DNA of 63,570 nt, filler included. It is 21 parts of 21 records of this genome, joined end to end, with 100 filler letters (N's around TTAATTAATTAA, not from the genome) between each part and the next. Parts side by side here need not be neighbours in the genome. Positions count along the whole stretch, not along the records: positions 11,058 to 13,082 come from SRR36015645_128169; positions 13,183 to 16,098 come from SRR36015645_129831; positions 16,199 to 19,628 come from SRR36015645_130594; positions 19,729 to 24,588 come from SRR36015645_130869; 17 more parts are not named here. One strand, given 5' to 3'. The position numbers and the translations under genes are program-made. The notes beneath the pieces are model-generated. The model was not told the origin of the DNA and did not search any database. It saw only the letters and a program-made list of their open reading frames with translations. Position 1 is the first letter of the stretch; each line of letters opens with the position of its first letter. This document shows, piece after piece, positions 11,210 to 22,800 of this stretch.

Positions 11210-12914
11210 CTACGTGTACTGTTCCGAACGGAGGCGACAATATTGTTTGTGTTATCCGACGGGTATGGACGCCGTCTGCTGATTGGTGGAGAGTCAAAGC
11301 TGCTGTCGCGTGACAAAATGGCGGGCTGGGCCTTCGCACGATGGTACACAAACACATTCTTACTGGAGCCTGCTTTAGTAACACTTGTTCTCTTTGGATT
11401 TATTATCTGTTCCAACAGCTCTTCACCGATGCCAAAGCCATCTGGTTTCTTGTTTTCTTTCGCAATCCTTCTGCCCGGTTTAGTTTCTTCCACAATTTGT
11501 TTGGCCGATGTTACCTTTTTAGGCGATAGGCCTACCTTTTCAGGTGATCTGTGGTTTGCCTCGTACCGCTCTGACAATGTAATACTTTTAACTTTCAAGG
11601 GCAGTATTGCAGGTGAAACAACTTCCCCATTCTTGTTAGCTGAATATACTTTTTTGGATGGTGACTTTTGTTCAATGGATTTCTGGGTTCTTAGCTTAAC
11701 CCTCTCTTGAAATAATTTTGTATCCTTTTCAATGTCTTCTTTTGCTCTTGGGATACTTTTCCTGCCGTCATCCGATATTTGTTTGTCATTCGCAACATCC
11801 GATTGGCTTTTGTTTTTAAAGTCGTTTGATTTAGATTTAGATTTACTTTTTAAATCAGTGTCTTCTATTATAGTCACATGTGCCTGTTTAGTTGAGGTAG
11901 GAGCGTTTTTATGAATATTCTTTTTCAGCGCAGAGTGTCGAGATCCCAGTTTATCAGAAGAAGCAACCGGTGATGCTTTTTCTTTTTGCTTTTGTTTTTC
12001 TTTAAGAGAAGAGCCGTCTTTTAGTTTCTCTATTATTTCAACATCGCCTGTCTTCGCTTCACAATTACTCTCAGAGCTTTCCGGCACAGTATCTCCCTTA
12101 CTATTAGATGCCAAAACATTGTTGACAACTGAAATAATTTCTGGAGTTTTACTCTCTAACGAATCTCTTTCGATTTTCACATTTTCCTCACCCGTACCAT
12201 CCCGTATGTCGTTCATCGACACGGTATGCATATCGTTTGTTTCAGCTTCATTGATGGTTGCCTTGACGAAAGAGTTCTGATAATTATCGGGTTTGGCAAC
12301 TTGCCAAAACGTATCAGAAGATACATCAGAATCAGTCCACGGATGAACCCCCGAAGATTTGGCAGTCTCCAAACTTATTTCACTGCCATGTTTAGTTACC
12401 ACAGCAACACTCTCTTCAGTAGGAACTTGTAAATCCGCCTGCTCTGTTATATACTGGTTATCTTTGTGCGGTTCAGAGTCATATGCAACGTTACCATTGC
12501 CATCATTCAGGGATTGTTCACTCTTCACAGCGGCTGGGAACATCCCATCCAAAGTCCCTGCACTGTCTGTCTGACTGTCTGTATAAGTATACAGGTCGGC
12601 TGTGTTTGTGGACGATACATTTGCCTTATCAATGGAGATTGGAGACTTTTCTTCGACAGGACCATTAAATTGGTTTTGTTTGATTGCCTCAGATGATTTT
12701 TCACCAGTATCTGAGGGGCAATCTTCGGCATTTTTTGTAGTCGAGTTCACACAGTTCTCGTTTGTTTCAGCCACGTTTTGCTTATCATCGGATTGTCTGT
12801 GATTTGCAGGCTTTAGGTGGTGGATCGGACTTGTTTTGTCGGTTATAGTTAATTTAGGAACATCCGAACCTTCAACAATGCTGACTATCTGCTGATCAAT
12901 ATCTACTTCAGAAT
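11210..12914 (-). CDS. Large (1705-bp) internal exon of an unidentified host gene, low-complexity/disordered
   Basis: Acceptor ttttcaatcttctag| at 12916-12915 and donor AG|GTATGT at 11210/11209. Open frame rich in S/K/E/D. No recognisable domain. Confidence 0.65.
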
Positions 12915-13082
12915 CTAGAAGATTGAAAATAAACCATTATGGCCAACTTTGGAATAACGACACGATCAACAATGCTGAATATCTGCTAAACAATATACAT
13001 TTACTTAAGAAACTGGAAAATTGAAAGTAAAACATTATGGTTAACTTAGGAACATCCACCCAATCAACAATGCTGAATATCT
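12843..13082. repeat. Degenerate tandem repeat, units 94-98 bp, at least 2.5 copies, spanning the exon boundary
   Basis: Units start at 12843, 12937 and 13035 and share ttat(a/g)g..aa.tt.ggaa...tcaacaatgctga.tatct. Confidence 0.8.
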
Positions 13083-13182
13083 NNNNNNNNNNNNNNNNNN
13101 NNNNNNNNNNNNNNNNNNNNNNNNNNTTAATTAATTAANNNNNNNNNNNNNNNNNNNNNNNNNNNNNNNNNNNNNNNNNNNN

Positions 13183-15690
13183 CTGAATGGAGGTCATTAC
13201 GTTAGGGCTACAACAGCTATGTTAATTGTGGAGGATTTGATCAGGTCGCTGCAGTGGCAGATCTTCTGGCGTCACAAGGAAAAAGCTTCATATCCAGTAC
13301 TTGTGCAGGTTCATGCATTAGTAAATAGGTTGGCTGAAAACAAACGTTGTCCGGAGCAGTTCGATGCACTGACTGAACAGGTAAATGAACTAGAGAGAGA
13401 TTTTCGCGAATTTGAAAAGGAGTGTGAAGCAAAGTCTGAAGTATGCCACTTCTTTGGAATTTGGCTACGAATGGTCGCAGTTGTAAAGAATGCCGTGGTT
13501 TCCGACAGAGAAGGTAACTGGGATTTATTAGCAGCGACTGTCGAGGATTCCATGCCGATTTTTGCAGAATTCGACTGCACAAACTATATGCGCTATGGGT
13601 CATTGTACTTTGAACAGATCAAAACTTTGGAGTTCACGCACCCTGACCTCTATCGCCGATTCGCCATTGGCCAGTGGGTTGTACAAGATCGCCCGGGGTT
13701 CTTTTGTGCTGTGGGTGGCGACATGAAAGTTGAGCAGACCATTCAACGTGTCTCCAAAGGCCCTGGCGGTCACTACGTTGTGGGTGCTACTCGAAACGCG
13801 GCTGCTGTTGCAGAATTTGAACTTCTTTTCCATGAGATAGGTTGCATTGCTAATCTTCTTGACCTCCTCACAACAAATACGAGCATGCATCACACGGAAT
13901 GCCACCTCGAACATGCCCTCAACAAGACACGCCGCATCACTTTCAATGAAAATGTGGCTAAACTTCTTGACTATATTCTTGGGCGCCAGAATCCCTATGA
14001 TATTAATCCTACAATTACCATACCACTTCACAACATTCTTAACAAGCAAGCGGTTAACCACATCGTCTCCGAGCGCCTACTGAAGTGCCTGGAGAATGGT
14101 GAGCAAGTGTACGAAGGCTACAGGAAGGAGAGATTGGTCGACAAACGTTCAAAGATTAGTGCAACAATTTCGAGAAGAAGGCTGCCATGCTTCACTGATC
14201 AGCCACAGACTGCAGATAAGACAGAGGCGATTTCACTGGTGAGGAAGGTGTCGCCTAAAGAAGTTGCTGAAGGTCAGAGAACCATGGACATTGCGAAAGA
14301 AAGGGGCATGTCCCTCGATGAGATTCTCACTCATGACCTGCTCCTGTCATCCCCCTTGTTTGATGGTGATCTTCCAGCTCGGGTGGATAAGTCTAAGCTG
14401 ATACATGAGATTGAGCCGCAACTGGACCTCACTCAGTGGAGCCGGCATACAAATCTGTCTACTCATGTCATTGTTGACTTTATGTCAAAGATACGCCAAC
14501 TGCCTCTACGAGACTTGGCAACGGTTGGTGATGCTATTGAGAGTGTAATAACATCAGCAATAAACACCTGCCACCAGCCAGAATTTGTCCATCTGGTTCT
14601 CGACAGTTATCTCGAGATGTCACTGAAAGAAGGAGAGCGCATGCGACGCAGTGAGTCGAATATGGGCATTGACATTATCGGCATGAGTAGCAGCACCCCG
14701 ATTCCTCGACAAATTGACAAATTCTGGACCTCTGATAAGAATAAACGGAGTCTCCAAGTGCTGGTTCGGGAAATGGCTTGTAAGCCAGATAGAGATCAGC
14801 CTGCCATCATTGCAAGTGGTCTTGTGAGTGATGGTGAGATGCTTCCAGCAATCACATCTGCCGGTGAAATACCAGAACTACTGAATTGGATAGAGGAAGC
14901 AGATGACAGACTCGTGGCACACGTTGACTGGGCTGTTCGTGTGAAGAATTGCAAACGAGTTGTGGTAGTGTCAAATGACACGGATACCTTTGTCCTGCTC
15001 CTGCGATATACGCCAGCTCTCTTAGCTTTAGGCTTGAATGAAATCTGGCAGCAGTATGGAACAGGTGAGAGACGCCGAATGCTGCCACTCCATCAAGCTG
15101 TCTCTAAACTAGGTGAACCTCTGGCCAAGGTGGTTATAAAAGCCCACATTCTTACTGGAAATGACTACATGAGCAAGGTTGGGACAAAGGTTGCTGCATT
15201 ACGGTGTAATCCAGTACAGTACCTTACACACTTTGGTGAAACAGAAGAGTTATCTGACCAAGATGCTGCACTAGCTGAAGAGTACTTGGTCCGCACCTGG
15301 GTTGGTGTTCGCTCAACAACCAAAGTTAAAACCTTTGATCAGCTGAGAAGGGAAGTGTATACCAACGCTGCATGCGGCATTGTCCAGCTACCACCAACAA
15401 GCAACGTTATTAGAGGCCACATCAGCCGAGCAGCGTATCTAGTGAACAAAGCATGCCATCTTCTTGTTCACGAACATGCAGACCCGCTGGAAGCAAAGGA
15501 TCATGGCTGGGAAGAAAAATTTGGAACCCTTTTGCCATCTAAGTGCCTAAAGCCCTTGCCCTCATCTAACATCAGCGTTTGCAAGTGTATTGGCCATTGT
15601 GACACTAGGCGTTGTGGATGCTATGCCACAGATGTGCACTGTGTGTTATTTTGTCATGGAAAAAAAGGCAAACCGTTGTGCAAAAACTGA
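13183..15690 (+). CDS. Academ (AcademX) transposase, C-terminal part
   Basis: GGHYVRA, DREGNW, NYMRY, DMKVEQTIQ.VSKGPGG. XPG/PIN-like IVDFM, LDSY, EEADDRL, NDTDT, HILTGND..SKVGTK. LPPT followed by Cys8 (CKC...CDTRRCGC...C...CHG). Confidence 0.82.
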   Translation: MNGGHYVRATTAMLIVEDLIRSLQWQIFWRHKEKASYPVLVQVHALVNRLAENKRCPEQFDALTEQVNELERDFREFEKECEAKSEVCHFFGIWLRMVAVVKNAVVSDREGNWDLLAATVEDSMPIFAEFDCTNYMRYGSLYFEQIKTLEFTHPDLYRRFAIGQWVVQDRPGFFCAVGGDMKVEQTIQRVSKGPGGHYVVGATRNAAAVAEFELLFHEIGCIANLLDLLTTNTSMHHTECHLEHALNKTRRITFNENVAKLLDYILGRQNPYDINPTITIPLHNILNKQAVNHIVSERLLKCLENGEQVYEGYRKERLVDKRSKISATISRRRLPCFTDQPQTADKTEAISLVRKVSPKEVAEGQRTMDIAKERGMSLDEILTHDLLLSSPLFDGDLPARVDKSKLIHEIEPQLDLTQWSRHTNLSTHVIVDFMSKIRQLPLRDLATVGDAIESVITSAINTCHQPEFVHLVLDSYLEMSLKEGERMRRSESNMGIDIIGMSSSTPIPRQIDKFWTSDKNKRSLQVLVREMACKPDRDQPAIIASGLVSDGEMLPAITSAGEIPELLNWIEEADDRLVAHVDWAVRVKNCKRVVVVSNDTDTFVLLLRYTPALLALGLNEIWQQYGTGERRRMLPLHQAVSKLGEPLAKVVIKAHILTGNDYMSKVGTKVAALRCNPVQYLTHFGETEELSDQDAALAEEYLVRTWVGVRSTTKVKTFDQLRREVYTNAACGIVQLPPTSNVIRGHISRAAYLVNKACHLLVHEHADPLEAKDHGWEEKFGTLLPSKCLKPLPSSNISVCKCIGHCDTRRCGCYATDVHCVLFCHGKKGKPLCKN

Positions 15691-16332
15691 ATCTGTCCAA
15701 TGATTTGTGTATGTTTCTAAATTTGATGTAAAGCGAAAAAACTGCTTGATCATATGTCGAGACACCATGAACATTTTCAAGATTTTCCGTGTTTAAACTA
15801 GTAAATATAAATTGTTGTATTTCATAGTACAAATGTATATGCATAAAGTTACACATGAACATGAAGGGAAAAACTAATTCTGCTACATGTATGTGTCAAT
15901 TTCTGCCGTTTCCAAACTGTATATTGGATATCTGTGCTACAGTAAATAAAAGGATAAATTACAAATCTTTGTCACAACTACTTATTGAGATATGGTAATT
16001 TTAATGATAGCGGGCAATAAAACAGCGAATATGCCTGTATCAGCTGACCTCAGACTAACTTGAAACGTGACTTTTTCGATAGCTTGGGTATGGTTTTGNN
16101 NNNNNNNNNNNNNNNNNNNNNNNNNNNNNNNNNNNNNNNNNNTTAATTAATTAANNNNNNNNNNNNNNNNNNNNNNNNNNNNNNNNNNNNNNNNNNNNTA
16201 CAGAGTGCATAGAGCTGCATTAAGTATATTAGCGCGATTATATGATTAATGTAGCTAAAATAAAATAATTAGCTATGTTAGCAAAGGATATAAAAATATT
16301 TTAGGAATACAGTAATGAGTTATTCTTACCCT

Positions 16333-19200
16333 TCATTTTGATTTCGACTGAAGTTTTGATATCTTCTTCTGGGTCCAGCCTGACGAGTCAGTGTTCAATG
16401 TATTTATCCGTTTTATGAATTGGTTGGCCATAAAATTGAATAAATGGCCCAGAATTTGCCGACATGTTAACATTAGGCTGTGCGACTCTGGCACAGAAGG
16501 CGAACATGTACCATGGGTGAGGTTGTTCCAAATAATATCCTTTTCCAACAGGGAAAGAATTGCAGTCGCAAAAAGTGACCTTTGGCAATTAACACCCAGG
16601 AAAAGTTTTAACATTGACTCATTATTCCTAATGTGTCTCCAATGAACATATCCATACCAACACACATGCAGTGTATATTCTGACGGTTGCGTCAACCCTC
16701 CTCGACTTGCAAATGTGATAAAATCGGTGTCCTCCATTTGTCCTGCCTCAAATTCTATAGCACTGTCTGTTTTAAGTAATTGTGTGCACTTTTCACATTG
16801 CCTTTCCTTGGAGATTGTTCGGGCAATGTTTCCTGACATGAATCGCAAACCCTCTCTTTCCTCTTTGCTTTCAAGTACAAAGTCCGCATCATTTATTGGG
16901 ATCTCCGAAAACATTGCCTCCAAATCACTTTTGCCGTTTTCATCGGAGAGGTTAATATGGTGCATAGATGGCGACATCACATCCTTTAGTTGTGTTACAG
17001 TTAAGCCAGTATGCTTCAGAAGAGACATAACACGCAGTTTCTTTTCAGACTGGAATAGTTGCTGTGTACTGATTAGGTAATTTGCTCCGGACAATTGCCT
17101 GTACCACGAGAAACGCTTCTCTATAGGGTCGCTTTGTAACTTGCCCAGTAGAACATAATGGAAACCTTTATCAGCAATGAGAAACTTTGCCAACGCTTGT
17201 ATTGAACGGCATGTATGCGTCACAGCAAGAAATGTTTCGTTCGACAGGCCTTTACCTGGGTAGTTTCTCTGCCAATCCTCCATCCACCGAACAAATGTGT
17301 TCAAATACTCCAACTTTGCGTCGTCAACGGATCTCACTGGGTCCATATAAATTGACCGTTTCCGTTTTCCTTTGTCAGGTGTTTTTACATTTAGGATTTC
17401 CCATGCATTCATTATTATTTCTATAAATCGAGCTGTGTGATTCCATTCTGGGTTGTTGTAGTAATACAGCGCATTTTGTGTACTTTCACTAAACACGGCA
17501 GTAGCCAGTGATACATTTGTTCGCTCAATATTATTTGGAGCCAAAACTTTCCTGGACAGTTTAGGAGCCAGCTTTGCATCATTTGTGACTTCTTTCTCAT
17601 AGAGCTGCACGATATGGTGAAAACTTGGATGAAGTTCTAACTGCATGCTTGACGATGCCGATGCTCCTATCCATTCTGGGCATGTAAAATGTTTCCTCTT
17701 CTGAAAGTTGTTATAAATATTTTTGATATTGTGGACGGGATCAAACAAAAGAAACAGCTTTTCACCTGGCACTGCTGGATTGTCCACGTAACACTTTAGC
17801 TCTCCTCCACACAAAGATTTGTAATAGGCACGGTTTATTGGGTGATTGTCTACTGATGTACCTACAACGTGCAACTTAATCACGGGATTTGCAAGCAGCA
17901 TGAGAACATCGGTTGTCGCTTTAGTAAGTTTTTCTTTGGTCAAGTTACGCATCGGGTATAACGCTACAATATCCCGGTATTGGCTGGCTACAGATTGGAC
18001 GAGGTATGCTAACACTGTCTTTGCAGGTTCATTGTTAGACTCAGAATCCGTCGCTATACCGTACACCTTTCCACCAGAAAACTCCAATTTTTTCGCTACA
18101 TATATTTCGTCTATTAATAACAGAACATTATTTTCATAATTATCCAGTTTTTCCGTTCGTTTTACCAAGTAATCAACCACAGACTTAGATACACCAGAGG
18201 AGACGTTTACAACGGATGAGTAGCTTTTTAACAATCGTACAGATGGGAGTATAAGTAATTTACGCATCTCGTCATAAGCGTTGGGGGCCAGCATTTGCCA
18301 TATAAAAGCTGTTGTCAGTAATTCCGTAGAATAATGTCTCGCATATTTGTTTTTAGAGCTTAGCTTAAGCTGCTCAACAATAAATTGTAAGAGACTGTTA
18401 TCCAATTCTTCTTCTGTTGCACTATTTTCCAAAGCCTTATCGAGTAAGTCAACAGCTTGCTGTATACAGTTCGCAGGCTGATCTTTCCCTGATTCTGTTA
18501 TAGTTTTAACTCTCGCCAAAATATTTTCCAGTTGCGTGGAAGACGATATTTTACTTCCAAATTTAGACAGATCATTGATCACTGATACTCCCCTCACAGT
18601 TGCTGAATAGTTCAGGTGCTCGTCTATTATAATATTGCACTGAATTTTGCATGCATCTTCTGATAATGCATAAAACAAAATACGCCCTGCCTCTGCCTTG
18701 CAAATGTAAAAGTCAAATAATCTCAGCGAAGACAACTTAGTTTTTAAAAGATTGAAGCTGTCAATGTTTTCTGCAGCAAAAAACACGTCTTCGTTTTCTG
18801 CCTGTAACCGTACCTGTTTTTCAAGCCTGGCTGATGAACTTGCTGTCGTACATGAACGTTTGCAAGATTTTGACTCGTCAGATAAATAAGCTGGCAGAGA
18901 AGGAAATTGTGATGGAACAGCTAATGGCTTTAAACGGCGCTTTACTAGACATTTTGGCGCAGGCAATCTTTTGTTCGTGGATTCGCAAACAAAGTCATCT
19001 TCCAAAAAGTGTTTACTGCACACTCTATGGTGTTTCGTTGGTTGCCACTTTGCTCTGGGGATTTTTCTCATCCACTGTTCATGCAGGTCAGGATTTTTAT
19101 CACAATTGGGTAATGAATGCAGTGTTAATAAAACATCCTGGTCCTTTATTTCACTGGCATAATTTGTCTTGCAACCAGGCACACAGCACTTTTGAGGCAT
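16333..19200 (-). CDS. Complete intronless THAP/P-element transposase (955 aa)
   Basis: THAP CCVPGC...VCSKHF...AVPS. Motifs IDEIY, VDN, FDPVHNIKNIYNN, QSDPIEKRF. Clearly homologous to the ORF at 2699 (shared DAKLAPKLSRKVL, SWYRQLSGANY). Confidence 0.92.
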   Translation of the reverse strand: MPQKCCVPGCKTNYASEIKDQDVLLTLHSLPNCDKNPDLHEQWMRKIPRAKWQPTKHHRVCSKHFLEDDFVCESTNKRLPAPKCLVKRRLKPLAVPSQFPSLPAYLSDESKSCKRSCTTASSSARLEKQVRLQAENEDVFFAAENIDSFNLLKTKLSSLRLFDFYICKAEAGRILFYALSEDACKIQCNIIIDEHLNYSATVRGVSVINDLSKFGSKISSSTQLENILARVKTITESGKDQPANCIQQAVDLLDKALENSATEEELDNSLLQFIVEQLKLSSKNKYARHYSTELLTTAFIWQMLAPNAYDEMRKLLILPSVRLLKSYSSVVNVSSGVSKSVVDYLVKRTEKLDNYENNVLLLIDEIYVAKKLEFSGGKVYGIATDSESNNEPAKTVLAYLVQSVASQYRDIVALYPMRNLTKEKLTKATTDVLMLLANPVIKLHVVGTSVDNHPINRAYYKSLCGGELKCYVDNPAVPGEKLFLLFDPVHNIKNIYNNFQKRKHFTCPEWIGASASSSMQLELHPSFHHIVQLYEKEVTNDAKLAPKLSRKVLAPNNIERTNVSLATAVFSESTQNALYYYNNPEWNHTARFIEIIMNAWEILNVKTPDKGKRKRSIYMDPVRSVDDAKLEYLNTFVRWMEDWQRNYPGKGLSNETFLAVTHTCRSIQALAKFLIADKGFHYVLLGKLQSDPIEKRFSWYRQLSGANYLISTQQLFQSEKKLRVMSLLKHTGLTVTQLKDVMSPSMHHINLSDENGKSDLEAMFSEIPINDADFVLESKEEREGLRFMSGNIARTISKERQCEKCTQLLKTDSAIEFEAGQMEDTDFITFASRGGLTQPSEYTLHVCWYGYVHWRHIRNNESMLKLFLGVNCQRSLFATAILSLLEKDIIWNNLTHGTCSPSVPESHSLMLTCRQILGHLFNFMANQFIKRINTLNTDSSGWTQKKISKLQSKSK

Positions 19201-19257
19201 TTTTATCCAGTTGTCATACTAGTAATTTAGGCTAAAGAATAACAAAAACCTGTGTTA

Positions 19258-19574
19258 CAATCTTTTTTATAAGAACATACTTTAGAGGAACACGAGGCTC
19301 AAATCCTGAAAAATTTGTGAACAAGAACAAAGCATTTAGTGATCCACTTCCCATTGAATGTGTAAAAAATGTAGGCGTATAATATGTTAGCTATCATACA
19401 TATAGACTGTGTAAACTAGAAAGCGTAGTCGAAATTCGATAATAGTAGGCCTACTTTTAAAACAGGCTTCATAATACACGAAGCTCAAATCTTGGAAAGA
19501 GAACAAATTTAGAACATTTTGTCGGCTAATAGCCATTGAGACTCGTTTTTTGGCTGTTCTTATAAAAAAGACCG
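19258..19574. mobile_element. MITE (317 bp) with 20-bp TIRs and TA target duplication
   Basis: Left caatcttttttataagaaca (19258-19277) vs reverse complement of right cggtcttttttataagaaca (19555-19574): 18/20 identical. TA on both flanks. Internal repeated cacga(g/a)gctcaaat. Confidence 0.8.
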
Positions 19575-19851
19575 TACTTATAACAACAATACTGATATTA
19601 TAACACTATGATGTTTTATGTTTTATTANNNNNNNNNNNNNNNNNNNNNNNNNNNNNNNNNNNNNNNNNNNNTTAATTAATTAANNNNNNNNNNNNNNNN
19701 NNNNNNNNNNNNNNNNNNNNNNNNNNNNGGGGAAAAATGGCAGTTGGCTCCCAGACTAATTATGTAAATATCATATTGTAATAGACGGGCACTAATAATT
19801 CACTATTGTCTTTTCAGGTGCTGCCCGTATGACGATCACTAATAGTAAAAC

Positions 19852-22800
19852 ATGAATGAAGAACAGTGCTTTTTCGTGTCCAAATTTGGATGTGAGAATA
19901 AGACTGAACCGTTGAAAGACACTGGTCCTGTCAGGATTCAAAACTTTATCAAGCATAGCAAAATCTACGGGGACAGGTATCATGAACTTCTTGAAGAAAA
20001 AGTTAGTGAAAATCCTGAATGCACAGTTAAATGTCACAGAAACTGTGCTTCAACATACACTTCAAGCCTCCAGGTTGAAAGGCACAAAAGGAAGAATCCA
20101 GAAAGTTACTCGTCTTACATTCCACCTAAGACCAGGAGACGGTCATCACTACCAGGGTTTATCTTCAAAGTACATTGTTTGTTTTGTGGTGAAACTTGTG
20201 TGGTTGAAAAAGATCCGAAAAACCCAAAACGTTGGCGACCAGCATATTCATGTCGGGAAATAGGCAGCGCAGGTGGCAAGAAGTCACTCAAGCAAACTAT
20301 ACTTGAAGCCTGCGAACGGCGTCAAGATGAGTTATCAGAAGTTGTGCGGCAAAGGGTAGATAGCACTGTAAGTGACCTTCACGCAGCTGATGCAAGGTAT
20401 CATGTGGATTGCCGAAATAGGTTCTTGACAGAAAAAAATGTGGCTTCAGCTGCAACCAAGTCTGATAGCCAAGTTAACATTGATCGTGCCTTTGAATCAC
20501 TTGTTGTAATGATCAAAGACTCGTCCGGCTTCCTGAATTCAGTTGAGTTGCATAAAGCATACAAAGAATTCGGGGGTGATAGGCTGACACGTCGTTTAAT
20601 TGTCCCAAACCTATGCGAACGCTTCGGAGATGAGTTGGTGGTTTTAAAGTCTCCAGGGTTAGCAGACATTGTTAGCTTGCGATCTATAGCTGCAAAATGT
20701 ATGCGATTGGTTCAAGACGAGGACGATGACATTGATGTAACAATCAACAAACTGTGCAAAGTCATCAGGCATGAGGTGAAACAAATAACATTAGATAAAG
20801 ATTGTTATGATACTAGTGTTAACCGACAAAAATGTAGAGAGACAGTGAGTGACACTTTGATCCAACTGTTAGGGAAGCTGTCTCCTAACCTAGATAGGGC
20901 ACTACCTGCACTTCTCATTGGTTCAATGGTAACTGGGGTAATGAAAAACCATCCCACTAGTTTGCAAATTACTCTTGGCATCAAGATGAGGAGATCCAAA
21001 AAACTTATCAACGTGTTACAAAAGTATGGTGTTACATGTACCTACGATGAAGTACGGCGTTTTAAACATTCAGCTGCCAAAGCCACAACCATGGAACGTT
21101 CACTACCAGGCCTATCAACTTCAAGTTCAAGCTTGGTTCAAGTTATTGTTGACAATTTTGATACTGATATATCGTCTCCAAACGGAAAGTCATCCACCCA
21201 TTCCCTTGCCATGCTGCTCACACAACCAGATAGTAACAGTAGTGAAACAGTCCAAGAAGACACCATTAGACGTGTGAAAAAGGAAGACATGGTTGAGCCA
21301 CTCAAGTATGACGTCGAGATAAAGAGATATAATGGTCCCAAGAAGCCTCCGATGCCACAGAACACCCCCAAACGATCAGTTCAGCCCTTGCGTATGCTGG
21401 CACAACAAGTAATTTCAAAGGGAAGAGCCAGTGAGATGGACTTTGCGTTCCTTCAAGACATGAACAGCACACTAGATTGTCCTGAGTACAATGGGTACAA
21501 TACTGGGGATGCACGTCGACAGGGTCATTCAGCACAACCAAAGACGAAGGCTGTTTACCTTCCCTTAATAGATATGATCCCGTCACACCCAGATACCATG
21601 ATGACATCAATGGCCTGTGCACAGGACTACACACGCAATATCGGGCAACAGTTCGTAGTTTTTACTTGTGATCTGCAGCTGTACAGGGTCGCTCTAGAAG
21701 TTCAGTGGACTTATCCAGACAGGTTCTCAAATGTTATTCTACGGTTGGGAGGGATGCACTCTCTAATGAGCTTCATTGGATCTATCGGAACACTGATGGC
21801 TGATACCGGTCTGTCAGATATAATGTCCTCTGTGTTTGGCGGTGTGTTGAAAATGCTCACTGGAAAAAAGTTTCCCCAGAACGTCAGAGCATTACGAATG
21901 GTAGCTGAAGAGGCACTTCGCGGAATCATTCAGGATAAACCACTATATTGCAGTGGTGACCTCATGCAAATTCTCGAAACCGAAGCCAGCAAGAGTCAAA
22001 CTACCAAACTTTGGGTCGATGTCTTGATTAAACCTGTCCTGCTCACCATGATGTTCGTACGGGCTGAGCGCGAAGGTGACTGGCCACTTCATCTGGCAAC
22101 CTACAAGCAAATGCTACCATACTTCTTTGCTGCGGGGCATGTGAACTATGCGAGATATGGGTTGTGCTACCTTCGTGAGATGGAACGGCTACCACAAGAG
22201 GTGTTGTCACACTTTATGAAGGGTGAGCATGTTATGCACCATTCTGCTGGCTTATGGAATGGCATCTGGAGCGATATGATGATTGAGACGACCTTCATGC
22301 GGTATGGGCATGCTCCTGGGGGGATAGTTGGCATCACGCTTAAGCCAGAAACGCTGAAGGTATGGGCCCTTAGTTTGCATGCATGCAGCAGGTTGGAATC
22401 TGATCTGGATGACATGACGGATGAGGACACTCAAAGTAAGGTGGTGACAACACACAAAGAAGAGGCAAAAGCCAGGATTGCTGAAGACAAGAAAGACCGA
22501 GAGGGAATCAGACAAAAACTCGACACTTGCATTAATCCTTTAGATTCTGCGGCACACCCCAGTGGTATAGTCAATGTAGTTAGCGGCCAGATTGGTTCAA
22601 CTGAAGTCAATGTCCACAATGCTGTCACAATCGGGACTGAACAAATGACAGTTTTCGAAAGTCGGTTACCGCAGGGACTTTATGAAACCATCACGAAAAA
22701 GGTTGTTACTATGGATCATGCAAGGAAGCATGTGAAGGTCGGAGCTGTGAAAGTATTTGATACCAATTTGATTTACGCAAGGGTGATTGGCCTACAGGTT

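Noticed and set aside
19829-19855. 8-codon uORF whose stop overlaps the Academ start (ATGA)
   Set aside because: Easily arises by chance, and I have no conservation evidence.
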